In this document: positions 53,508 to 64,000 of the stretch, piece by piece | Numbering within the stretch: position 1 is the first letter of the stretch | Layout: every line of letters starts with the position of its first letter | Assembly (NCBI RefSeq): GCF_016432865.1 | Contig: NC_067399.1 | Location: forward strand, 470,952,001 to 471,016,000 | DNA from: Antechinus flavipes | Lineage: Eukaryota | DNA: 64,000 nt | Direction: 5' to 3' | The notes under the pieces: generated by a model | What the model was told of the DNA's origin: nothing | Database searches by the model: none | Seen by the model: only the letters and a program-made list of their open reading frames with translations | Made by a program: the position numbers and the translations under genes

Positions 53508-53839
53508 TGTAAAGGGCTGAAACTCTTGAGTCGTTGCACTGAGGTCGGTTCAAGCACTTAGGGCTAAGTACTGATTAGACAATACTCTATGGGCATATGC
53601 TTGGAAAATGGTCCTTCCCACTATCCTGTGCTGGCTCAATGATTGCTGTATACAGAGGATTGTAGGAGGGACTAGGGGTAGAGTAAGATGAGCCAGAGTC
53701 ACACTTTGGTGGTTGGGGAGATTCTGCTTCCATTGTGTTCAATCCTTGGTCTAAAGACCAAGAATAAAGACTAAGGACTTTTGCTTATCCTGACTCTGGC
53801 TGATTCTGGGGTGTCCTGGGTGCTAGCGTGGTCATCACA
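53508..53839 (+). mobile_element. Solo LTR of an endogenous retrovirus (332 bp)
   Basis: TG...CA termini (tgtaaagggc...gtcatcaca), AATAAA at 53763-53768, flanks gatgcc / gatgca (6-bp TSD, one mismatch). Confidence 0.8.
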
Positions 53840-55495
53840 GATGCATCTTGCCAGATCCAAAGAATGATTCTTCGCTGTCAGATTAGGGAAATGACTCTGA
53901 TTAGTTCCTTAAAAATCTTCCTTCATTAACATTTTAATAGTAAACTGCTAGACCTTTACAAACTAATATAAGAACATTTCTTCCCATTGGGTCTATCTCT
54001 ATTCCTGATTTCTGAGAACACATATAGGCTTTCTGACCTGAGGCCTCAGAATTGAGTATATGCTTAGAGTTAATGTTCCACATCACCCATGATACTAAAA
54101 CTAGGAAGGTTGTAAAATGAAAATACTGGATTTGGGATATAAGGCCCCTTTTAGCAAGAAGAAAAGCCCCTGGAAATAAAGATACCATTGAAGAAGCTAA
54201 GGACCAAAGAAGAGAACTGACTTGCCCAAAGTCACACATCCTGGGTCAGAACTCAAAGTTGAATCCCAGTCTCCTGGATCCATGTCTAGCATTCATGAAA
54301 ATACAATAAAGTCTGGAAAATCTGTTTCTAAATATGTTCTTTCTTCATTTTTGGTTGTATTTTGAGCACACAGAAGATATGTTAGTGAATATCATGGACA
54401 CTTCTATTTATATAATTTTAAAGTATATAAAGCACCTTTCACATAGTAACTCATTGCAACCTTATCAGATAAATAATACAAATGATAATAACCCCATTTT
54501 ACAGAGAAGGAGATTGAGACTTAAGAAGTCAAGTGAATTGTCTGAAGGTCATATAATTATTAAATTGCAGAAACAAGATTGGAACCCAAGTCTTCTGACT
54601 CAAGTTTAAATCAGGTTCAATCAAGTATCATAGTACTACATAACCTAAAATTTTTGCAAAAGAATTTAATAGAAATAACTTTTGAATTTAGCTAACGATC
54701 TGAAATCAAAATTCTAGAATATCAAAAGTGGTTTGCGTAAAAAATGGATTGGGAATTATAAACATATATGATTATATAATTACAATAAAATTTAATAATA
54801 AGAGCAGATCTTTATAGCACTACTATTATCTTCATCTTACAGATAAGGAAACCGAGTTAAAGGAGTTACATGAGGTCAGAAAGTTACCAGGTGTCTGAGG
54901 TAGGATTTGAACTCAGTTCCCCCTAATTCCAAGTTCAGCATTCTTTCCCTTACATCATACTGCTTTTGCATCAACTAGAAGGAAAGCAGGAATAACTTTG
55001 CTTGTGACAATCCTTCTCCTTGACTTGTGCTATAAAATAAGAACATAGGCTGGCTGGGTGGTTCAAAGAGGCATTTGTAGTTTAGAAACCATTGTGCTAT
55101 AATAGAAAGAACTCAGGACTTGGATTTAGAAGATCTAAGTTCAAATGTCATTTTAGGACTACTATTGACTTGCCTTTTCCTGTTGCAATGGATGGCTTTG
55201 GTTTCAACTTACTGTAGCTTGGTAAGGATTTCAAAGTAGAAACATTCCTTACATATGGAGTTTTTCTGTTGCCTGAAATCTAGATCACCAGTGTGATAGT
55301 CCCATAGTTCTTTTCCCTGGTTAAATTATATCTGGGGTAGCAGGGTCAATTCTATCTTCCATGTTTTAGGAAGTAAATATTGAGCTAGAGCCTGTCTGGA
55401 GGAAAGTGACCAGAACAGAAAGGGAACTAGAGACCATATCATTTGAGAATGGGTTGAAGGAACTGTTGCTTTCTAGCTTAGAACAGTAAAGACCT

Positions 55496-55742
55496 GGCAG
55501 CTTGGTGACACCTTAGTGCACAGTGTTACAGAGTCGAGAAGACATCTTCCTGAGTTTAAATCTGGTCTCAGACACTTACTATCTGTCTGACCCTGGAAAA
55601 GTCACATAACCCTATTTACCTCAGTTTCCTCATCTGTAAAATGGGCTGGAGAAGGAAATGGCCAACCACTTTCCATATCTCTGCCAAGAAGACCCCATAT
55701 GGGTGCAGGAAGAGTTGGATATGACTCTACAGCAAAAACAAA
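55496..55742 (+). mobile_element. MAR1-type SINE
   Basis: ggcagcttggtg...ctcagacacttact...cctcagtttcctcatctgtaaaatg...ctggagaaggaaatggccaaccact RTE-type tail. Confidence 0.8.
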
Positions 55743-58700
55743 GGAAAGGCCCAGGACAGACTTAGGATGTTGCTTTAGAGCTGAAATATCATCTGCTTTA
55801 ACCTTTTCATTGATAAGAAATGAGTCCCAGATTATTTGTGATTTGACCAAGATGATACAGGTAACAAGTCACTAACCATTTAACCTTAGTTGTTCTGACT
55901 CCAAAGTCACTATCTTTCCACCACCCCACACTGCTCCATGATGACTGTTTCCAGGATTCCATAGTCATAGACTGTATAAGACCTACAAGGGAATTAAGCA
56001 ACCATCAATACTAACTCCTCATTTTAAAGATGAAGAAATTAAAATCTGTGTCTCTTGACCAAGGTCATCCTACTAGTGAGTGGCAAAAGTGGAATTCAAT
56101 CACAAGTTTCCTAACTCCAGGCTCAAGGGTCTTTCCACTCCAGCACATTGCCAGACCATCATACAGAAGAAAAATGAGACTTTTTCTGCTTCTCAGCCCT
56201 ACAGGAAACAACTAGAATTAAAAGGCATAGATTGAAAAGAGGCAGTTTTGGCTGGCTATAAGGAAACATTTCCTAATAACTAGAGCTATCCCAAAATGGA
56301 ATGGGTTAGCTTGGGAGGTAGTGGGTTCCCCTACTAAGGAAGCTTTCAAGTAGAAGCTAGATGATCACTTATATGGTATGTTATAGGAGGACTTAGTCAA
56401 ATACAGATGGGATTTGATGCCTTTGAGGTAGGTCCCTTCTAGTTCTGAAGTTCTGCACTTGGGTGTGTGTTAATAAGTGGTTTTAACTACAGGATTTCTT
56501 GGTCCTCCTATGATAATTTTGTACAAAGAAATGGGGGCTGTTGTTTCCTCTCTTTTAAAAACAACCACTTCTGTTAGTATTTCTCACTTTTTATTTAGAA
56601 TTGATTAGGTTAGTTTGTGTAAGAAACTCACCCAACCATAGCTCTGTAAGCCAGCAGCCTTCAATTCACAAATCAGAATTGGATTGTTATTGCAGGGTAA
56701 GGGAACGTTGAAAATGTCTTTTATCCTCTACTTCTGGAAAGGAAAAGAAAATGAGAGACAGAGACAGAGAAAAATAGAGACAGAAAGAGAAACAGATTAA
56801 AAAGAGACAGAGAAAAGAGAGAATGGAAAGTTTAATATGGAAATGTGGCAAAAATTTATGCTGTGCAAGTTTTTTTTCCTCTCTACACAGCAGAATTTTC
56901 CTTATTAAATAGATAACTGTGTGAGAAAAACCAAAACCAGACTATGGAGCTAAATGAGACAGGAGAGGATGTGGCAGGAACAGTCATGCGTGACTCTCAG
57001 GGCTTGTGGCAAATGCACGATGCCAGACATGGGACTTAGGGTTTGCTCTGCAAAGCCCAGGAGCTTTAGGCTGAAAAGAAATACTGTGCTCTTCTCCCAG
57101 CACACCACAGAGCAGGGCTCCCAAAGGAGGTGTTGTGCCCTGTCTGAATGAAGGCCACCTCTTCTGCCAGCCCAGAGCCACACGTTCCTCTGTCTAGGGA
57201 GCTTGTTGGAGCGGTTGCTGTGGGGACCCTCCCTGCACTTATTTCGCTGTTGATTTGGGTTTGGCAAAAGCATCCCTCTCTCTCTGTTGCCAGTCGGTCT
57301 GGGAAGGTTTTTCTTAACTGAGCTGAAGCAGGAGCTGCACATTCATTCCCTCATGCTGTTTGTTCCCATTCCTGGGTCTCCATCTCCATCTCACTTCCTG
57401 CACATGGGACTGCCACATGCAAGCTAACTGAACCAACCATGGTAGAGGATCAGAGGATCATAGGTTGTTGAATTTGAAAGGAACTTTAGAGACCATTTAG
57501 TCCCTTCTAGAGACCATTTAGTACAATTTCTTTATTTTATAGGAGATGAAAGGGAGGGAGTGTCTTGCTCAATGTCATAAGCTAATAGAAGAGCCATAAC
57601 TGAAACCCAGATTCTCTGACACTAAAGCAGTGCTCTTTCCAGCAAAGAAGAAAAAAAAAATGCTGAGAGTGACTGGGAGCTGAGAGATAAGGGTGGATGA
57701 TAAGATTGGTGGAGGAAAAATACAAGTAAGGAGTATTACTATTGATCAAACTCCAGATGGGTTTAAGAAGGACTATATAGGTAAGTTTACCTAATTAGTT
57801 TGGAAACAACCTAGTTAGGACAAAATAGGTTTCCTATGACATATTTTCATCAACTTTATCCCTTGTTATTAGGTCTATTTAGCAATTGAAAACCTTGATG
57901 GAGAAAGAGGGGTGGAACTTTGTGTCTATTGTCAAATTTTTTCAATTGGTTTTGCTGATTTTTTCCCCCTCTTTTTCTTTTTTTTCAAAAATATCTGTTA
58001 TAAGGAATGAATCTCTGAGGGAGGGATTCAAAGAAATCTTTAAGCTGTATAAATACAAAGATAACAGTAAGATTATTTTTTCAAACACCACTGCTCAAGG
58101 GGTTGTGGCTATGTGTTCATTCTTTCTTTACTAAGGATCCCCTTGGCTCTGACATGGGTTCAGTCCAGGGAGAGCCTGACCTCTAATGGAAAGGGTCGGG
58201 CTTCTTTTTACACACACTTTGACTCATTATAACCTATCCCAATAGTCTTAGGGGGAAATATTAGAGTTTAGATTAATTCTTTTTTTCAGGTCTCCTTCCA
58301 AAGAGGGAGAAGAAAGAAATTCAATACAATATAAATCGGGAAATTTTTATTTCCTACACACAAAAGAAATGCTAAACATAAACCACTCACAAATGCATGC
58401 ACCAAGAGCCTTAAAACAGGGTTCAGTCACTTGACTTACTGTTAAGGATGAGGTTGGATCTTAAATCTCATCAGTATGTGAAGTATTTTGCAGGACTACT
58501 GACTAGACATTGTTCCATTTCACCTCATTACTGTATTGTCTCCTCAAAATCTTTGTCTTCAGGTTATCCAGGCTAGGTCTTGTTCTCTTCCTCTTGCTAG
58601 GGATTATCTTTAATATTGAAATTCTCCCTATCATCAATCAGCTCTAAGAGATTCTTTTGAATTCACAAATGTAGATATGTGCATCTCAAGATCAATGTTT

Positions 58701-59931
58701 AGTCACCTATATTCAGGAAAGAGACACAAAGTAGAAGATGCATCCAAAGCTGTGACATCCAGTCTCAGGCTTGCTTAGTAGGACAAAGGTTTCAGCTGAC
58801 ATATGTACTCACAACTGAAGTAGGGAAAGAGCAAACCGCCCTTACCTCCAATCTATAATGGAAAGCCCCAGAAATACAAGATGCCTCCTAGGTCAAAAAG
58901 AAGGTCAAAAGAAAAGGGCCAGAGGACAAATTCACTTTCTTTTTAAAGGCTTACTGAGTCATCAGTTCTTCCTGTTCAGGGACCAATAATTTTATACATA
59001 CACACATATACACAAATACACATCATATACACATCGATGTATGTATTTATATATGTCTATATGTACATTATATCTACCCACATATATACATACATGTATA
59101 TCTTAGAGTATTTTGAATTTCTCTCTTAACTCTAATTCTGCTTTGAGTACCCCCCCAATTCACCCTTATTCAGAAGTGTAAGCTTTGGAGGACATAGATT
59201 GTATTATTTTCCTTTTTATGCATCTAGTATAGAACCTGGGACATAACTGGAGGAGAGGGTTAACAAATATTTATGGAATTAAATTTATGTAGATAGATCC
59301 TTTTATGTTCAAATCTGATGAAAAATGAAATTAATCAAGGGACTGATCTGTGGGATTCTTCAGCTTATTTGGAAAACATTATGTAAACAGAATCCACCTA
59401 AATGGACTCCAGAAACTGTGAGGGAAGAGGAATGGATCTCTGAGGTTCAGTTTGGTGGGGGTGGGGGAGAGGCTAAGGAAGGAAGAAGAAACTAGAAAGG
59501 ATGCATGGAGGGAAAAATAGTGGGGCTACATTGTTCCTGGAGCACAGTTGGTCGGGAGTATGGAAAGGGATTGCCTCTGTTCTCATCTGTTTCGGCAAAG
59601 TCAGCAGAAGGATACCATCTGGCTTAGGGACATCTCTGTAAATAGAGAAATAAACCCCAAAATATCTCCTGGCTTTTACCAATCTATGGGGTGACTGCCA
59701 ACCCTGTTACCATGCCTGATGCAACAGGCCCACCCAAGAGTGATGGCAATCAAAAAGCCTGCATCTGGTGCCACTTTCTGCCCCATGGTGTCAAAATAGA
59801 CTTCTGAGCCCAGTTAGAGCCACTCGGGCTCCCTAGAAAAATCACTTGGGTGGGATGAATTTAGGACGCTAAATGTATCCCTTGCCTGCTTTTCACAGTG
59901 CCTAAAATTTCACCATTATAGCATAATAAAA

Positions 59932-60180
59932 AGGCAACTAAGTGGTACAGCACATAGAATGCCATGCCAAAGTCAAAAAGATACATCTTCCTGGGTTCAA
60001 ATCTGGCCTCAGATATTTACTGGCTATGTGACCCAGGGCAAGTCAGTTAACCCTGTTTACCTCAGTTTCTTCATCTGTAAAATGGTCTGGAGAAGGAAAT
60101 AATAAACATTCCAGTGTCTTTGGAAAGAAAATCCCAAATGGAATCACAGTCAGACTGGACTGAAAAATGACTGAATGATT
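59932..60180 (+). mobile_element. MAR1-type SINE
   Basis: Same head, core and RTE-type tail as 55496-55742. Confidence 0.8.
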
Positions 60181-60228
60181 GCTCAAAAAAACACCTAAGG
60201 GCCCAATATTAGGCCAAAAAAAATGTAT

Positions 60229-60452
60229 TTGTTCTTGTCACTCAGTAATGTCCAACTCTTTATGACCCCATGGGGTTTTTTTTATTGACAAAGATAGTTT
60301 GCCATTTGCTTCTCTGGTGGATTATATTAAGGTAAACAGAGGTTAAGTGATTTGCCCAATGTCACATAATTAGTAAGTTTCTAAGACAACATTTGAACTT
60401 GATTCTTACTGATACTAGGCGCAGCACTATGTCCATTGAGCCAACTAGCTGT
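60229..60452 (-). mobile_element. MAR1-type SINE (antisense; inverted relative to the copy at 59932-60180)
   Basis: gtccaactctttatgacccc...gccatttgcttctc...gtccattgagccaactagctg. Confidence 0.75.
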
Positions 60453-63400
60453 TTCTTGTAAGTCAAAACTGATACATATAGGGCTTTAAGATTCATAAAG
60501 TGTATATAATATATATACATATATATATATGCATATATATACACACATTATATATTTCTTTATATGTTTTATACATTCATATTTAATATGTATACATATT
60601 TACTTATATATTTCTATTATGTACATTATTTCAATTATTCCCATAATAACTCTGTGAGGAATTAATCCCATTTTATAGATTAAAAAACTGATTTTCAGCA
60701 AGTTTAAGTGACTTGCCAAAGAGTCACACAGTAATAAGTGTAAAAAGGTGGATTAAATCTCAGGTTTTCCCAAATATATATATCTGTAGCACTCTACATT
60801 CCTTGCTAACTCTTATAAAGTTTTTACTGTATGTATAAAAACACTGTTCTCGGAGCCACGGATGAAATACAATTTAAATCAGACTCATTTTTTTATTCAA
60901 GGATGAAATTGAAACAGCAGCAAATTTGAAGGCAACTATACTAATGACTTAGGTAAATTGTACTATTTAGAAATTCAGCTTCCATTCTTTCTGCACACTC
61001 TAATGTGCTAAATGAAGCATCATAACAATCAAGCTCCAAATTCTGACAGAAACATACATACCTATATACCAGTTAGCAAGGGTTTGTAACCTGACTTACA
61101 TGGAACCCTTAGAAATTCATGTATAGATTTCAAAGAGTCTGTAAACTTGAAGAGGAAAAAAAATGTATTTTTATTTTCACTAACTCCAAACTGAAATATA
61201 CATTTCCTCCAATTGTGTAAAAGCATTATTCTGAGGTGTCCATATGCTTCACCAGTTTATCAAAGGAGTGCATGATACAAAAAAAATTTAAGAATTCATA
61301 GCATAAGAGACTAGGGCCCAGTAAGCTGCCTGCTTCCACCTGCACTCATTCTGGTCAGATATATACACTCAAATATACACTCAGGGCAGCTGTTCCCTCA
61401 GCTTCCTTTCTTTTCCTTTCCTACTGTAGCCAGAGCATCTTCTAACTCTTCCCCTTTCTCCATTTTCTCACAACCTGAACATTTCCTGATAGCCCTAAAT
61501 CTCACCCCAGCTGGAATTTTTTTTCACATGTCCATCTTTTAGGCAGCATCCAAAAAAAGAAGGGAAAGGAACAAGGGAACAAGAATTTATTAAGTACTTT
61601 CTATGTGCCAGATACTATGCTAAGTACCTGTGAATTAGGTAGTATTATGATCTCTGTTTTACAGCTGAGGAAACCGAGATAAATAGGTTGTGACTTACTC
61701 AGAGTCACAGCTGGTACTTGTCAGAAGCCAGATTTTAATTAAGGTCTCCCAGGTTCTAGGCCTAGCACTGGAGAAAATAAGGAATAGGATTTTCCTGGAT
61801 AAGTGGCAACAAGTACATCTCTCTCCTGCTTCCTGTCCTGTATTATCCCAGTCTCCTGACACCAGGAACCTAACAAAAAAGTGGACTGTTCTGACAATTA
61901 TACACTGGCACTGAATGTAGCTCAAGTCTAATTCAAAAGAATCTTTTTCCTTAAACCAAATGAAGGTGGAGAATCCAATCTCAGTCATGGTCCACAGTCC
62001 CACATGTGTTCTGCCATGTCAACTATGTAGCTCTGTCCTCACCTTTACATGTGAACAAAATGGTACAGTTCTTGATGTTAGCCTGCCCTTACTACTTACT
62101 AACTGCTACTGCCGAAGAGAAGTGGACTTTTGCCTAAACACCAAACAAGCTTCTCAGTGACTCATGGGCTGAATTTCAGCTTAAAGTCTGTACTAACAGA
62201 TGGTGAATCTACATTTCATTTGTACAGAAAGTTTCCTCTATGTTCTCTCTTTTTTTTTTTTCTAGTTTTGAGGTTCCATTAAGACTATAGAAAATGCTTT
62301 GATAATTTGTGCATTTTTCCATTTAGTCGACTAGGTTTTCTTTCTATTGATACTATTAATTTTATTGACAGCTATGGTGGTGCATATTGGATTGAATATA
62401 GGCTATGCTATTCACTCCCTATTGTCCTCTCCAAACAAACAAATAAATAAAAAAAGAACAAAAAACCCCTGGCTCATATAAAATTCAAACGAGAGTAGTG
62501 AATATCAGGTTTCATCATGTCCCTATGTCTGTTTCCTTTTAAAGTGATATCATTTTAGACTTAGAATTTAAAAAAAAATCTCTCAGGGATTACCAACAAG
62601 GATAGGATACTTAGAAGCAGAGAGACAACGATGTGAGAAGTATCTGAAATCTGATTGGCAAAAAGATGAATACAAGTAGGTTGTGGTGAGAATTGGCCAG
62701 ACATCAAAGTTCTCCTAAAGACTGTTCCACAGACAATAACAGAATGGTTGAACAATCTAGTTATCCTGAGACAGAGCCCATCATCACCAGAAGGGTAGAC
62801 AGTGTGGCAAACAAGCAGCTTGCCATACCAGTTTACTGTGGTGGTTTGTCACAAGAATGCCACGGACTGAGGATGTCACTTCCAGCTTGTGTGGAGGCCA
62901 AAATGGAGTTTTCCAGTTGATCCAAAGCAAATATGAAAGGTTTGTGTTTTGCCAATGTCAAGGAATAAATAGCTCCAGACACTCAAAATGATGAATTTTT
63001 TTGACTACAATAACCTAGGAGACCATCTACCAAAATTTTGGTCTGGAAAGGATTGTGTTTTACATAAGTAGAATCTCCGTACTGATAAAGCATAAGTCTT
63101 TGTGAAACACTGAGATATTTGATACAAGAGTTCTTTTCTAGAGCATGATACTTTATACTTCCAAGAGTCTGGTTAACACCACATGGCATAACCTCTGACC
63201 TTGGCTCAGAGCATAGGAGAGCCAAATGGAAGTGAAGCTGGTGGTTGAAAGACTGACGTGGATTCTCAATGGCTGATGTCCTTGCTTCTAATTCGTATGC
63301 ACTTAGCTATATTTTGCATATTTTACCTTTCCATTTCTGAGCTTTTGCATAGATCTGTGACATATTTTGTCCAAATATCTGTCTATTCAAATTATTATTT

Positions 63401-63524
63401 TCATCTAAGGACTCAGTCAGGTGCCACAAACTCCAGGAAAAAGTGCTCCTTCTTCACCCAGAACCCTTTGTCTGAATTTCTCTTTTTGCCCCCATCTTAG
63501 TATTGATTTTTCAATCATTTTCAC

Positions 63525-63762
63525 TCTTTGTGTTCACTTCAACTCTTTGTGACCCCATTTGGGTTTTCTTGGCAAAGATACTGGAGCAGTTTGTCATTTT
63601 CTTTTCTAACTCATTTTACAGATGAGAAAATTGAGGCAAAAAGGGTTGTGACTTGTGCAAAGTCACACAGCTAGGAAGTATCTGAGGCTAGATCCGAACT
63701 CAGGAAGATGAGTTTTCCTGGTTCCAGACTCAGTGCTCTATCCACTGTGACACTTAGCCATC
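63525..63762 (-). mobile_element. MAR1-type SINE (antisense)
   Basis: caactctttgtgaccccatttgggttttcttggcaaagatactggag...tctatccactgtgacacttagcc. Confidence 0.8.
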
Positions 63763-64000
63763 TCTATCCTGGTCTCTCATCATATTTATTTATATACTTG
63801 ATGTATGCTAAGTATTAAACTGTAAATTCCTTTGAGCAGAATGACTGTTTTCATTTTTTTCCTCTAGCAACCATCATAGGATCTGGCATGTAGTAGATAT
63901 TCCACAGATGTTTCTTAAATTTTCTGTTTAAAAATTGTGCCTCCCTTCCCCTGCTCCACTTAACTGCCTCAGTTTGCTGTATTTCTCCCTGGCAAGAGAG

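Noticed and set aside
56940-57420. GC-richer repeat-free stretch as an enhancer or exon
   Set aside because: No CpG island, no clear splice pair and no recognisable ORF; nothing in the sequence alone supports a call.
39965-61365. Short tandem duplications (tgtaaatagc x3 at ~39965, tagagaccatttagt x2 at ~57487, atatacactca x2 at ~61343)
   Set aside because: Ordinary slippage events inside or near old repeats; no sign of function.

Overview
AT-rich, CpG-poor, repeat-dense eukaryotic DNA with four assembly gaps. The repeat content (WSINE1-like and MAR1-like SINEs, marsupial-type L1 3' UTRs, an OC1-like hAT MITE) points to a marsupial, most likely a dasyurid such as the Tasmanian devil; this is inference. 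I could not support any intact host protein-coding gene. Two processed pseudogenes lie on the minus strand. One is a full-length ZDHHC9 retrocopy (UTRs, poly(A), TSD, two nonsense codons, one frameshift). The other is a decayed RPL29 retrocopy with an unusually long lysine-rich repeat tail. The rest is mostly old L2, CR1/L3, MIR and L1 debris plus several young L1 insertions with clean TSDs. Main observations: (1) a perfect 39-bp-arm, pre-miRNA-sized hairpin with the signature of a replication template switch (30553-30651); (2) a young L1 nested in an older L1, followed by an apparent unequal crossover giving a 261-bp triplication with a hybrid middle unit; (3) three young L1 insertions with apparent 3' transductions; (4) the extended-tail RPL29 retrocopy; (5) a local ~260-bp direct duplication ending at splice-donor-like motifs. 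I found no evidence of a new multi-gene system. Repeat family names are from pattern recognition, not a database search, and coordinates of old repeats are approximate.
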